Positions 29,305-39,829 of a DNA stretch of 64,000 nt are shown here, one piece after another (the stretch's first letter is position 1; each line of letters starts with the position of its first letter). The position numbers were made by a program, and so were the translations under genes. Source of the DNA: Clostridia bacterium (GTDB taxonomy: Bacteria > Bacillota > Clostridia > UBA1381 > UMGS1253); contig JAZNSA010000018.1 in assembly GCA_045590935.1 (NCBI GenBank), positions 1,512 to 65,511 on the forward strand, in the 5' to 3' direction. The notes beneath the pieces are model-generated. The model was given only the letters and a program-made list of their open reading frames with translations. It was not told the origin of the DNA and did not search any database.

Positions 29305-30285
29305 TTAAATCAATACCATAGCTATTGCCACTGCACCGCAAACAATTGCCACTGCAGTAAACACCCCAACAATTTTAACCTCCGACCAACCACACATCTC
29401 GAAGTGATGATGTATCGGACTCATTTTAAAAATTCTCTTGCCCGTCTTTTTAAAATACGCAACCTGAATGATAACCGACAACGTTTCCAAAACATATACC
29501 AATCCAACAACGATTAGTATAATAGGCATCTTCATAACAATCGCCGCAGCAGCAACAAAGCCTCCAAAAAACAACGAGCCTGTATCGCCCATGAAAACCT
29601 TTGCAGGGTGGCAGTTAAACAACAAAAATCCTATGCATCCTCCAAATACCGCCGAGCAAACAATTGCTATATCGTAATATTTAAAGATTACTGCAATAAT
29701 CCCCAGCACTGCACTGCAAACCGCAGTTACAGACGTTGCCAAGCCGTCCAATCCATCTGTAAGATTTACGGCGTTTGAAAATCCTGTCATAACAAATACC
29801 GTTACCAAAATGGTAGCAACAGTACCAATATTTACCGTTCCGTTCATAAACGGAATAAAAATGTCAGGATTTATTACTCCGAATTTTACTCCTATATATG
29901 CAAAAGCCACAGACACCAAAATCTGCATTAAAAACTTCTGTTTTGCAGAAAGCCCAAGATTTCTTTTTAAAACAACTTTAATATAATCATCAATAAAGCC
30001 TATAATTCCAAAAGCAAGCATCGTAAACAAAACAAGCCCTGAACGGAAATTTAAAACCGTTGAAAACGCCGCAACAAGAATTGCAATAATAAAGGCAATT
30101 CCTCCCATAGTCGGCGTTCCGCTCTTTTTTTGATGCCACTTTGGTCCGTCCTCTCGAATACTCTGCCCAAACTTCAATTTATGCAGAAAAGGAATGAGCA
30201 TCGGCAGTATAGCTATGCACAACAAAAACGAAACTATTGGTGCAATAATCATAATATACTTAAATTCTACAAATTGAGTAAACAT
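29305..30285 (-). CDS. mraY: phospho-N-acetylmuramoyl-pentapeptide-transferase
   Basis: NAVNLTDGLDGLA, MGDTGSLFFGG and PIHHHFE. I prefer ATG 30285 (MFTQF...) over the track start at 30303. Confidence 0.93.
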   Translation of the reverse strand: MFTQFVEFKYIMIIAPIVSFLLCIAILPMLIPFLHKLKFGQSIREDGPKWHQKKSGTPTMGGIAFIIAILVAAFSTVLNFRSGLVLFTMLAFGIIGFIDDYIKVVLKRNLGLSAKQKFLMQILVSVAFAYIGVKFGVINPDIFIPFMNGTVNIGTVATILVTVFVMTGFSNAVNLTDGLDGLATSVTAVCSAVLGIIAVIFKYYDIAIVCSAVFGGCIGFLLFNCHPAKVFMGDTGSLFFGGFVAAAAIVMKMPIILIVVGLVYVLETLSVIIQVAYFKKTGKRIFKMSPIHHHFEMCGWSEVKIVGVFTAVAIVCGAVAIAMVLI

Positions 30286-30299
30286 TTTCAAATCACCCT

Positions 30300-31646
30300 T
30301 CAACCCTTCATGTTTTTTATTTGCTCTGTTATTTCTTCAAAGTGCATACCTCTCGATGCTTTAACCAAAACGCAGCTTTCGTCGCAAAGCTCATTTTCCA
30401 AACAGCTTAAAAGCTCCTCTTTTGTTTCAAACCACTGTCCTCTCTCGCCCGCTCCGTCTTTTATATGCCGTCCGAGCTCGCCTAAGCAAAGTACCTTGTC
30501 AATCAATTTGTTTTTTGCAAATTCTCCTACGCCCTCGTGTGCTTTTGGGGCAAAGCTCCCCATTTCAAGCATATCCCCCAAAACAGCAATCCTTTTTGAC
30601 GCCTTCATCTGCGACAAAACCGTAAGCGCCGCCTTCATCGAATCGGGGGAAGCATTGTAGCAATCGTTTATAATTTTTATGTTGCCTACGCTCTGAATTT
30701 CCATTCTCATAGCCGTCGGCACAAAGTTTTCAAGTCCTCTTATTGCCATCTTTGGCTCTATTCCAATAACAACTGCCGCGCTAAACGCCGCAAGTGCGTT
30801 ATATACATTATGAGTTCCTATGCAGTTTAAGCGGATTTTTTCTTCTTTTCCGTCAAAGCAAACCGCAAAGCTTAAAATATCGCCATCTTGCCTTATATCT
30901 CTCGCAACAAAGTGCGCCTCACAATTATTTACGGCAAATGCAACAATTTTTTTATCCGTATATTTATATGCCGTTTTTAAATACTCATCATCGCCGTTTA
31001 TTATTAAAACTCCGTCATCCTTAAGCCCATTGCAAACTTCAAGCTTAGCCTTTAATATTCCCTCTCTCGAGCCAAGATTTTCAATGTGCGACATACCTAC
31101 GTTTGTTATAATTGCAACATCGGGATTTGCAATCCTTGTCAGATAGTCTATTTCTCCGAAATGGTTCATTCCCATTTCCAAAACTGCCGCCTCGTGGCAA
31201 GCTTCTATGGAATTTAAAATCGTAAGCGGCAAGCCAATATCATTATTAAAATTCTTCTCCGTTTTTATTGCCTTAACTCCTGCGCTTATTGCCGCATACG
31301 TCATATCCCTCGTCGTTGTTTTTCCAACGCTTCCCGTTACCGCAACAACCTTTAGAGGATGCTTTTTTAAATAGTATCTCGCAATATCTCCAAGTGCTGA
31401 TTTTGTGTCTTTAACAAAGATTTTTTTATCAAAACAAACATCACTGCTCACAATCGCCGCCTCCGCTCCCGCTTCAGCCGCCGAAATAACATAATTATGT
31501 CCGTCATTGTTTTCACCCTTGATTGCAACAAACAAGCTTCCCTCCTTCGCTTGTCTGTTATCTATGCAGACCGACATAACGCATCCTTCATAAATATCCT
31601 TTGAGCCTACGCACGCCGCAATCTCCTTTAATGTCAGCTTTTCCAT
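30300..31646 (-). CDS. murF: UDP-N-acetylmuramoyl-tripeptide--D-alanyl-D-alanine ligase
   Basis: Mur ligase P-loop VTGSVGKTTT; 448 aa; located between murE and mraY. Confidence 0.9.
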   Translation of the reverse strand: MEKLTLKEIAACVGSKDIYEGCVMSVCIDNRQAKEGSLFVAIKGENNDGHNYVISAAEAGAEAAIVSSDVCFDKKIFVKDTKSALGDIARYYLKKHPLKVVAVTGSVGKTTTRDMTYAAISAGVKAIKTEKNFNNDIGLPLTILNSIEACHEAAVLEMGMNHFGEIDYLTRIANPDVAIITNVGMSHIENLGSREGILKAKLEVCNGLKDDGVLIINGDDEYLKTAYKYTDKKIVAFAVNNCEAHFVARDIRQDGDILSFAVCFDGKEEKIRLNCIGTHNVYNALAAFSAAVVIGIEPKMAIRGLENFVPTAMRMEIQSVGNIKIINDCYNASPDSMKAALTVLSQMKASKRIAVLGDMLEMGSFAPKAHEGVGEFAKNKLIDKVLCLGELGRHIKDGAGERGQWFETKEELLSCLENELCDESCVLVKASRGMHFEEITEQIKNMKG

Positions 31647-31663
31647 AAAGATTTGCTCCTCAA

Positions 31664-33133
31664 TTAATCATTATTCTTAGCATTATATTTGTTTTTTTCA
31701 CTGTTTAAAATATCTCTTACAACCTCTCGTTCATCGAAATGTATAACTCCGTCATTTAAAATCTGATACGTTTCGTGCCCTTTTCCCGCAAGAATTATTA
31801 TATCGTCCATTTTTGCATTGTCTATTGCCCATTTTATTGCATCTTTTCTGTTTTCTACTACAACATAGTCGCAATTTGTTTTTATAACTCCCGGCATTAT
31901 ATCCTCTATAATCGCCGACGGCTTCTCCGTTCTGGGGTTATCCGACGTTACAATAACAAAATCCGAAAGCCTTCCCGCAACCTCACCCATTTTAGGTCGT
32001 TTTGTTCTGTCTCTGTCGCCGCCGCAACCAAAAAGCGTAACGGCTCTGCCCCTCTTAAATTCATTTATGGTTGATATAATATTTTCCAATCCGTCGGGCG
32101 TATGAGCATAGTCAATTATTATTGAAAAATCTCGATTTGTTTCAACGAGCTCCGCTCTTCCTTTAACTCCCTTTGCCGTAGCAATTGCCGCTACTGCATC
32201 CTCTATACAAACGCCAAGCGAGATTGCCGCTCCGATTGCCGCAAGCGCATTGTATACGGAAAACTTCCCTGGTATACAAAGCGTTGTTTTATAAATATTT
32301 TTTTCATATTCCAAATCAAAAACTATGCCCTTTGCGGATATGCTTATATTTTTAGCATTCAAATCCGCCTTGTCGTTCTCTATTCCATAGCTGTAAACCT
32401 TGCAATCAGGCTTAAGCCTTTTTCCATACTCATCATCAATATTTATAACCGCATTTTTGCACATATCAAAAAGCTTGCTTTTAGCCGCAAAATAATTTTC
32501 CATCGTTTCGTGAAAATCAAGATGGTCCTGGGTTAAATTCGTAAATACCGCCGTTTCAAACTCGCATCCGCCAACACGCTTAAGCTCCAAAGCGTGGCTC
32601 GAAACCTCCATTACAACCCCATCTGCGCCTCTGCCTGCCATATAGTCAAAAAGCTCATAAAGCTCAAGCGACTCGGGCGTTGTTCTTTCTGCCTCAAACA
32701 CCTCATCGCCTATCATATTGTTGTTTGTTCCGATTAAGCCCATAACTTTGCCCGTAGCTTCATAAATCGTTTTAAACAAATTTGTTACCGTTGTTTTTCC
32801 GTTAGTACCCGTTACTCCGACAAGAGCCTTTTTTTTCATAGGATTATTAAAATATGCCTTAGCCATAAGCGCAAGAGCAAGCCTTGTATCGCTGACTATT
32901 ATAACATCTGCCTTCTCGCAGCAGACAGCTTCCATTGCAACAATTATTTTTGCACCCTTTTCCTCTGCCATTTTAGCGAATTTGTGTCCATCTGTTTTAT
33001 AGCCCTTGATACATACGAAAACATCGCCCTCTTCTACAACTCTTGAATCGTATGCAATTTTGTTTATCTCAGTATCCATACTTCCCGAAAATGATAATAT
33101 TTCAATTTCACTTAAAATATCACAAATTTTCAT
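31664..33133 (-). CDS. murE: UDP-N-acetylmuramoyl-L-alanyl-D-glutamate--2,6-diaminopimelate ligase
   Basis: VTGTNGKTT and the DNPR motif (TSDNPRTE); 489 aa. Confidence 0.92.
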   Translation of the reverse strand: MKICDILSEIEILSFSGSMDTEINKIAYDSRVVEEGDVFVCIKGYKTDGHKFAKMAEEKGAKIIVAMEAVCCEKADVIIVSDTRLALALMAKAYFNNPMKKKALVGVTGTNGKTTVTNLFKTIYEATGKVMGLIGTNNNMIGDEVFEAERTTPESLELYELFDYMAGRGADGVVMEVSSHALELKRVGGCEFETAVFTNLTQDHLDFHETMENYFAAKSKLFDMCKNAVINIDDEYGKRLKPDCKVYSYGIENDKADLNAKNISISAKGIVFDLEYEKNIYKTTLCIPGKFSVYNALAAIGAAISLGVCIEDAVAAIATAKGVKGRAELVETNRDFSIIIDYAHTPDGLENIISTINEFKRGRAVTLFGCGGDRDRTKRPKMGEVAGRLSDFVIVTSDNPRTEKPSAIIEDIMPGVIKTNCDYVVVENRKDAIKWAIDNAKMDDIIILAGKGHETYQILNDGVIHFDEREVVRDILNSEKNKYNAKNND

Positions 33134-33175
33134 AAGCTGTATTCATTCCTTTCATTTTGGCAAGCTTTTTAGTAA

Positions 33176-35365
33176 TTAATCTCCATCCATATACATAAAC
33201 TCAACTCTGACGGTTGTTGCAGGCTTAACCGATGCTCCCGCCGCAGGGTCTTGCCTATGCGCAGGCGAATTTGATGTATCATATATACTAGAGCCTAATA
33301 TTTCAATATTCAATCCGAGCGACTCAAGCTGTTTTTTTGCTTGTTGGGCGTTTAATCCCGTCAAATCAGGCACCGTAACGTTTTCAATTTCTGTGTCCTC
33401 CGTATACAAAATAACCGTTCCGCCCTCTTGCAGCATTCCACCCGGCGCAGGCATCTGTGCCTTAACAACCTCGCCTTCACCATATACCTTTACTGCATAT
33501 CCTTCATTTTTAATTTTTTCTTCTGCTTCTGCTACAGGCAGATTTCTAACGCCTATAACCTCTTTGCTTTTATATTCCTGTCCCGTAACAGTCTGCTTTT
33601 CAATATGCAAATAGCTAAGAGTTGCTTCCATTATATTTCTCGCAACGGGCGCAGAAATCTGACTTCCCTGATACAAGCCGCCCGTTGGCTCATCAATTGC
33701 CACAAGGCATATAATTTCAGGGTCGTCTGCGGGTGCAACACCCAAAAACGATGCTATATATTTTCCGTTATTACGAGGCGTTTTTTCGGATGTACCCGTT
33801 TTTCCACCAATCTTATACCCGTCTATTCTTGCCGTTTTTCCCGTTCCGTTTGAAACAACATTTTCAAGATAATCCCGCATTTTAGCAGACGTTTCCTTTG
33901 ATATGACCTGTCTGATAATTTCAGGCTCAAAGCTTTTTATAACGCTTCCGTTATCGTCTGTAAGCGCTTTAACAACGTGTGGCTTTATAAGATTTCCTCC
34001 ATTTACAACCGCCGAAACAGCCGTTGCCATTTGAAGTGGCGTTACAGAAAAGCCCTGACCGAAAGAGCTTGTTGCAAGCTCAACCTCATGCATATTCTCA
34101 TCTGTATAATATTGGCTCGTTCCTTCTCCAACAACGTCAAAGCCTGTTTTTTCAGTAAATCCGAAAGCTTTAAAATACTTGTAAAATCTTTCAACACCAA
34201 GTCTTGCTCCAACCTCCATAAAAACAGGGTTGCAAGAATTTGCCAAGCCGTCTTTAAAGTTTTCCGCACCGTGTCCCGCAGTTTTCCAGCAGTTTATTCT
34301 TATTCCCGCAACGCTGTGAAAGCCTTTGCAATAAAACGAATCATTAGCAGAAATAACGTCCTCTTCCAAAGCCATCGCCGCCGTCAATATTTTAAATACC
34401 GAGCCCGGCTCATAAGTATCACTGACAGCCTTGTTTCTCCACTGCTTATCTAAAATATCACGTTTTTTCTTTGCTCTTTCGTCCTCGTTTGGTATTCCCG
34501 CAAGAGCCTCCATATCCGCCTGAGAAATAATTTTAAAAGGCTCATTAAGGTCATATCCCGGTGAAACCGCCATAGCAAGAATTTCTCCTGTTTTCGGCGC
34601 CATAACAAGCGCAAAAGCCCCCTGGTCAGGCTTGTTTTCCAAAACTGCTTGCTCAAGGTACGTTTGAGCAAAACGCTGAATTGTTTCATCTATCGTTAAA
34701 ACAACATTAGCTCCGTCAACTGAATCATATTTTTCCTCGTGGCGAAAACCCATATCAACACCCGCCGCATTTCTGGCAGATATAATTCTTCCGCTGACAC
34801 CCGAAAGCTCATCTTGGAACGTTTTTTCTATTCCATATAATCCTTGGTCATCATCGCCCGTAAAACCGATAAGCTGCGACGCAAGATAGCCATCTGTATA
34901 ATACCGTTTCGTATCGTCCTCTAAAATTACACACTTGTAATATTTACTCTGCTCCGAATCTGCTTTAAGCGCACGAATTTGCTCTGCCACATCCGCATTA
35001 ACTCTCCTGGAAAGGCGTACATAAGCAACATCTTTTGTAATTTTGTCATATATTTCCTGATAGTCAAGCCCTAAAACAGACGATAGACCGCTCGCCGTAA
35101 CATTAGCATCCTCAACCGACGGCGGCTCAACTGCAACAGTATATGCCGATGCGCTAACCGCAAGCTCCTTCATATTTCTATCATATATTGTTCCTCTTTT
35201 AGGCATAATCATTTCATCACGGGTCTGCTGTGCCTCCGCTTTTTTCTTAAGCTCTCCGCCTCTTACTATTTGCCAATATCCAACTCTTACTATCAGCACT
35301 GCAAGCAAAGCACAAAAAATCATCATCATAAAAACTATTCTTGCCCTCATACTCTTTTTTGGCAT
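33176..35365 (-). CDS. class B penicillin-binding protein (PBP2B/SpoVD type) with C-terminal PASTA domains
   Basis: SxxK (GSVFK), SxN (SCN) and KTG (GKTGTSEK), with two PASTA-like repeats at the C-terminus; 729 aa. Confidence 0.9.
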   Translation of the reverse strand: MPKKSMRARIVFMMMIFCALLAVLIVRVGYWQIVRGGELKKKAEAQQTRDEMIMPKRGTIYDRNMKELAVSASAYTVAVEPPSVEDANVTASGLSSVLGLDYQEIYDKITKDVAYVRLSRRVNADVAEQIRALKADSEQSKYYKCVILEDDTKRYYTDGYLASQLIGFTGDDDQGLYGIEKTFQDELSGVSGRIISARNAAGVDMGFRHEEKYDSVDGANVVLTIDETIQRFAQTYLEQAVLENKPDQGAFALVMAPKTGEILAMAVSPGYDLNEPFKIISQADMEALAGIPNEDERAKKKRDILDKQWRNKAVSDTYEPGSVFKILTAAMALEEDVISANDSFYCKGFHSVAGIRINCWKTAGHGAENFKDGLANSCNPVFMEVGARLGVERFYKYFKAFGFTEKTGFDVVGEGTSQYYTDENMHEVELATSSFGQGFSVTPLQMATAVSAVVNGGNLIKPHVVKALTDDNGSVIKSFEPEIIRQVISKETSAKMRDYLENVVSNGTGKTARIDGYKIGGKTGTSEKTPRNNGKYIASFLGVAPADDPEIICLVAIDEPTGGLYQGSQISAPVARNIMEATLSYLHIEKQTVTGQEYKSKEVIGVRNLPVAEAEEKIKNEGYAVKVYGEGEVVKAQMPAPGGMLQEGGTVILYTEDTEIENVTVPDLTGLNAQQAKKQLESLGLNIEILGSSIYDTSNSPAHRQDPAAGASVKPATTVRVEFMYMDGD

Positions 35366-35506
35366 CTATTATTCCCCCAATATTCCCTTATTAGCCCATA
35401 TTTTCCAAGTATCCTAATAAGCACAAAAAGCAAGACCCACACTTTCCGGGATTTCTGCCCGAAGGTCTTACTTCTCGTATGTTATTATCCTTATAAATAT
35501 ATAATA

Positions 35507-35968
35507 TTACCAACGATTGATTATTCCTAAAACTTTCTGCACAGGCGTTGGTTTTTGTTCTTCGTTTACCCCCGCAATAACATCCTCTCTATGAAGGTCT
35601 ACATAAACGAACTGATGCGTTTCAGGTCTTTTCATATTGTAATCATTTATTGCAGTCTGCTCTATTTCGTTAAGGTCCAAGGTTGCCTCAGCTTCCATTT
35701 TATACTGCTTCGATTGAGCCCTCAAGTTAACAAGCTGCTGCTCCTTTTTTGCAATCTCAGAATTTCTTGCATATATCTCAACCTCACGTCCTATAACGCA
35801 AAAAGCAATTGCGCATATCACCAAAGCGTAAAACAAGACAACATTAAGATTAACTGCCCTTTTCTCCTGCTTTTGCTTCACCTCGGCAGTCTTCTTTGCA
35901 ACATCCTTGCTCTCCTGCTCATAATAATCATAATCGTACGCTAAATTCCCCGATACAACAGGTCGCAT
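35507..35968 (-). CDS. ftsL: cell division protein FtsL-like (septum formation initiator)
   Basis: 153 aa with a single TM segment (VVLFYALVICAIAFCVIG) followed by a coiled coil, located between rsmH and the pbp gene. Confidence 0.6.
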   Translation of the reverse strand: MRPVVSGNLAYDYDYYEQESKDVAKKTAEVKQKQEKRAVNLNVVLFYALVICAIAFCVIGREVEIYARNSEIAKKEQQLVNLRAQSKQYKMEAEATLDLNEIEQTAINDYNMKRPETHQFVYVDLHREDVIAGVNEEQKPTPVQKVLGIINRW

Positions 35969-36028
35969 ATTTTTATCCTCCGTTTCGTAATCTCAACACT
36001 TTATTGTATATTTATCTTATAAACATTT

Positions 36029-36961
36029 TTATTTCTTCTCAAAAATTCTAAGCTTCGCACTCTTTGACCTTGAATTTCTCAAAAGCTCCTGCTCGCTTGC
36101 AACTATTGGCTTTTTTGTTATAATCTTTCCTTTTGAAGTCTGATTACAAACGCAAACAGGAAACTCCTTCGGGCATACACAGCCCTTTGCCAGCTCCGCA
36201 AAAGTATCTTTAACAATTCTGTCCTCAAGCGAATGGAACGTTATAATCGCAAGCCTTCCTTTTTTATTCATTCTTAAAACAAAATCACAAATCGTTTTAC
36301 TTATAATTTCAAGCTCGCCGTTTACCTCAATTCGTATTGCCTGAAAGGTCCTCTTAGACGGATGCCCGCCCTCTGCTCTTGCCGCCGCAGGAATAGCCGC
36401 CTTTATAACCTCCGTCAGCTCAGCCGTCGTCTTTATCGGCGCATCGCTTCTGCGAGCGCAGATAAACTCCGCAATCCTCTTTGCCCAACGTTCTTCTCCG
36501 TACTTATATATAATGTCCGCAAGCTCATTTTGACTATATCCGTTAACAACATCAAATGCACTTTTTTCTCTTCTGCGGTCCATCCTCATATCGAGTGGCG
36601 CATCATGTATATAACTAAACCCCCGCTCTGCTTCGTCAAGCTGATACGACGAAACCCCCAAATCAATCAGCGCACCGTCTATTTTTTCAATACCATTCTC
36701 ATCTAAAATTTTTATAATCTCAGAAAAATTATTGTGCGCATATATTATTTTATCTCCAAAAGGCGCAAGCCTCTTCTTAGCGGCACAAATCGCTTCCTCG
36801 TCCTGGTCTATTCCAACCAAACGCCCTTCTCCAATCCTTTGCGCAATCTGCAAGCTATGCCCTGCACCGCCCAGCGTTGCATCAACATATATGCCGCCCT
36901 CTTTTATATTCAGGCCTTCTATACATTCATTAAGCATTACGGGAATATGCTCAAACTGCAT
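36029..36961 (-). CDS. rsmH: 16S rRNA (cytosine1402-N4)-methyltransferase
   Basis: DATLGGAGHS and IDLGVSSYQLD; 310 aa from ATG 36961. Confidence 0.93.
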   Translation of the reverse strand: MQFEHIPVMLNECIEGLNIKEGGIYVDATLGGAGHSLQIAQRIGEGRLVGIDQDEEAICAAKKRLAPFGDKIIYAHNNFSEIIKILDENGIEKIDGALIDLGVSSYQLDEAERGFSYIHDAPLDMRMDRRREKSAFDVVNGYSQNELADIIYKYGEERWAKRIAEFICARRSDAPIKTTAELTEVIKAAIPAAARAEGGHPSKRTFQAIRIEVNGELEIISKTICDFVLRMNKKGRLAIITFHSLEDRIVKDTFAELAKGCVCPKEFPVCVCNQTSKGKIITKKPIVASEQELLRNSRSKSAKLRIFEKK

Positions 36962-36997
36962 CAATTTTCACATCCTACAAAAAATTTTCTCCCGCTA

Positions 36998-37438
36998 CTA
37001 AAAGTCAAGCCCGATTTCATTCATAGTTTCAAGAATGTTTGAAAAGTCGAAGCTTTCTTCCTTTTCGTTCCACTTATCCAAATCCCAAATCTCAAATCTG
37101 TTTCTTACTCCCAGCACCTTGACGTTTTTAACAATCCCCGCATAGGCACGCTGCTTTTGAGGAATGTTAATTCTTCCAAGCTTATCCGTTTCGCACTCAG
37201 CAGTATTCGCCGTAAAATTTCTTACGAAATCCGCCGCCTTTTTGCTTGTTACGGTAGGAAGCTGCGCAAGCTTATCATAAATCTTTATCCATTCATTTTC
37301 GGGATACACAAACAGACATGCATCGGTTGTTCCTTTTGTTACATAAAACTTCTCGCCTTCGCTTCCATCACGAAACTTAGACGGCACACTAACTCTGCCC
37401 TTAGCATCAACTGTGTGGTCATATTCACCAATAAACAC
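36998..37438 (-). CDS. mraZ: transcriptional regulator MraZ
   Basis: Two SpoVT/AbrB-like repeats (DAKGRVSVP, DKLGRINIP). The GTG at 37438 gives MFIGEYDH with GGGAGG 8 nt upstream; the track start at 37447 sits on the SD. Confidence 0.9.
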   Translation of the reverse strand: MFIGEYDHTVDAKGRVSVPSKFRDGSEGEKFYVTKGTTDACLFVYPENEWIKIYDKLAQLPTVTSKKAADFVRNFTANTAECETDKLGRINIPQKQRAYAGIVKNVKVLGVRNRFEIWDLDKWNEKEESFDFSNILETMNEIGLDF

Positions 37439-37498
37439 GTCTATCACCTCCCGAAATTTTTTATTCTCTCATTTTAATACCAAATGTTAAAAATTTTT

Positions 37499-37570
37499 CC
37501 ACTTCTATACATTTTTTAACACTTCTTTCCCCTTTAGTGTAATTTTACACTATCTTTACAAATATATCAA
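37499..37570 (-). promoter_or_regulatory. putative P-mra promoter and candidate MraZ operator repeats
   Basis: Minus strand reads TTGATA (37570-37565), a 17-nt spacer, then TAAAAT (37547-37542). Two GAAGTGK words follow, 20 nt apart (37525-37519 and 37505-37499). The operator assignment is inference only. Confidence 0.35.
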
Positions 37571-37883
37571 GAGTTTTTTAAAAATTTTTTAAATTTTTTT
37601 TGGTTTTTTTTATAAAAACTATCAAATCAGTATTTTTTTTGGTTTTTTTGCATAATTTTGACCCCCTTTTTTTGAGCATATTTTCGCTCTTGATAAAATT
37701 TTCATTATATTGTATAATAAATGCATATAATAAATCACAGTTGAATAGCATTTATTTTTTGAATGCAAACTCAATATTTTTAATTTTTTTAAAAAATAAA
37801 ATATTATTAGAAAACAACATTTTAGAAAATAACATTGCGCAGATAAGATTTTTATCTCCGCTAAAAAAGAATTGAGGAATTTT

Positions 37884-39170
37884 ATGTTTGAAAACGAAAT
37901 AAAAAAAGAACGCGCAATTCTTTCAGGCGTTCATACTGGAAGCTTAGATATTTTATCCGATACAACCGATGAGTCTCTTGCCGAGCTTGAGGAACTTGCG
38001 AAAACCGCAGGGGTTGAAGTTGTTGCAACCTGCGTCCAGAACAGACCCTCGCCCGACAACGCAACATATATCGGTGAAGGCAAGCTTGAAGAGATAAGGC
38101 TTTGCGCCTCCTCTGCAGATGCTGATACAATAATTTTCGATGATGAATTATCTCCTATGCAGGTCAGAAATATTTCGGATGCTCTCAATATGAAGGTTAT
38201 CGACAGAACAATGCTCATTCTTGACATTTTTGCTTCAAGAGCAATAACAAAAGAGGGTAAAATCCAAGTTGAGCTTGCTCAGCTTAAATATATGCTTCCG
38301 AGATTGGTCGGAATGGGAACGGCACTTTCAAGGCTTGGCGGTGGAATTGGAACAAGAGGTCCGGGCGAAACAAAGCTTGAAACAGACAGACGTCATATAC
38401 GCAGACGAATAGAATATCTCTCAAATGAGCTTAAGGACATCTCTGCTCACAGAGAGCTTTTGCGTTCAAGGCGAAAGAAGGACGGCAAGCCCATTGTTGC
38501 CTTAGTAGGGTATACAAATGCGGGAAAATCTACCCTTTTAAACTATCTGACAGGCGCAAGCGTTTTGGCAGAAAACAAGCTTTTTGCAACTCTTGACCCA
38601 ACGCAGAGAAGCTTAGTTTTAGAAGATAGCCGACAAATCTTAATTGTTGATACTGTAGGGTTTATAAGAAAGCTTCCCCACCACCTTGTTAAGGCGTTTA
38701 AATCAACGCTTGAAGAAGCGGCTCTTGCCGATGTATTAATTCACGTTATCGACAGCTCCAACCCCGAATTTCAAAATCACATAATGGTTGTAAATTCGAT
38801 TTTAGCTGAGCTTGGTGCAAGTGGAAAACCAACAATTGCAGTTTTAAATAAAACAGACCTTTGCGAGGATGAAGCATTTCTCCCAAAATCGATAGATTCT
38901 GCGACAAAAACAGTTATGACAAGCATAACAAATAATATCGGAATGGATAAATTGATTGAGGCGATAAATGATACCGTACCCGGCAAAAAGCAGAAAACAA
39001 CCCTGCTTATTCCATATAGCGAAGGCGCAATAATAACCATGCTCCATAACGACCAGCTCGTTTTGGCAGAGGAATATACTAACGACGGAACAAAAATAAC
39101 AGCACTGATAGATGAAATTTGCTATACAAAGCTTAGAAATTACATTCTGAGGGGACAAGATTTATGTTAA
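37884..39170 (+). CDS. hflX: GTPase HflX
   Basis: GYTNAGKSTLLN, DTVGFI and NKTD; HflX N-terminal domain. ATG 37884 lies 5 nt after GAGGA. Confidence 0.9.
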   Translation: MFENEIKKERAILSGVHTGSLDILSDTTDESLAELEELAKTAGVEVVATCVQNRPSPDNATYIGEGKLEEIRLCASSADADTIIFDDELSPMQVRNISDALNMKVIDRTMLILDIFASRAITKEGKIQVELAQLKYMLPRLVGMGTALSRLGGGIGTRGPGETKLETDRRHIRRRIEYLSNELKDISAHRELLRSRRKKDGKPIVALVGYTNAGKSTLLNYLTGASVLAENKLFATLDPTQRSLVLEDSRQILIVDTVGFIRKLPHHLVKAFKSTLEEAALADVLIHVIDSSNPEFQNHIMVVNSILAELGASGKPTIAVLNKTDLCEDEAFLPKSIDSATKTVMTSITNNIGMDKLIEAINDTVPGKKQKTTLLIPYSEGAIITMLHNDQLVLAEEYTNDGTKITALIDEICYTKLRNYILRGQDLC

Positions 39171-39799
39171 AAGATTACAAAACAATAAGGCAGAGCGCAT
39201 CTGCCGAATTTATAGAGAAAAAAAGCAGGTTTATTGCTACGGTACGCCCCGTTTCAACAGAAGCAGAGGCGCTGAAGCTCATCGAGGATATGAAAGGAAG
39301 ATACAGCGATGCAAGCCACAACGTTTACGCCTATATAATAAGCGAAAACAATATCTGTCGCTACAGCGATGCAGGCGAACCTTCAGGAACAGCGGGCTTG
39401 CCCGTTTTAGACGTTTTAAGAAAGGAAAACTTAACCGACGTTGCAATCGTTGTAACCCGCTATTTCGGGGGGATTCTGCTTGGCGGTGGCGGACTTGTCC
39501 GCGCATATTCCGCAAGCGCAAAAAAGGGCATTGATGCGGGAATGATAATAACAAAAACGCTTTGCAACGTTATAAAAATCCAATCCGATTATACAACCTT
39601 TGGAAAGGTTCAATACGAAACTGTCGATATGGGCTATACAATCAAAGATATTGTATACGAAGCAGATGTTACAATTTATGTTTACTGCAAATCAGACCTT
39701 ACCAACTCTTATATAAAACGTATAAATGATATAACAAACGCAAGAGTTAAAATAGAAATTGCAGGCGAAGAATATTTAAGCATCGAGGACAAGGCTTAA
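39164..39799 (+). CDS. yigZ: YigZ/IMPACT family protein
   Basis: UPF0029 N-domain (SRFIATVRPVSTEAEA..HNVYAY..DAGEPSGTAG); 211 aa. Confidence 0.85.
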   Translation: MLKDYKTIRQSASAEFIEKKSRFIATVRPVSTEAEALKLIEDMKGRYSDASHNVYAYIISENNICRYSDAGEPSGTAGLPVLDVLRKENLTDVAIVVTRYFGGILLGGGGLVRAYSASAKKGIDAGMIITKTLCNVIKIQSDYTTFGKVQYETVDMGYTIKDIVYEADVTIYVYCKSDLTNSYIKRINDITNARVKIEIAGEEYLSIEDKA

Positions 39800-39829
39800 A
39801 GCAATACTTAAACCAAGGATGGTCATTTA

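Noticed and set aside
37580-37870. The AT-rich mraZ-hflX spacer has T8-GG-T8 runs (tttttttt-gg-tttttttt twice) and a short direct repeat (aacattttagaaaa / taacatt).
   Set aside because: This is typical divergent-promoter spacer composition. The repeats are short and low-complexity, and there is no structure or ORF support.
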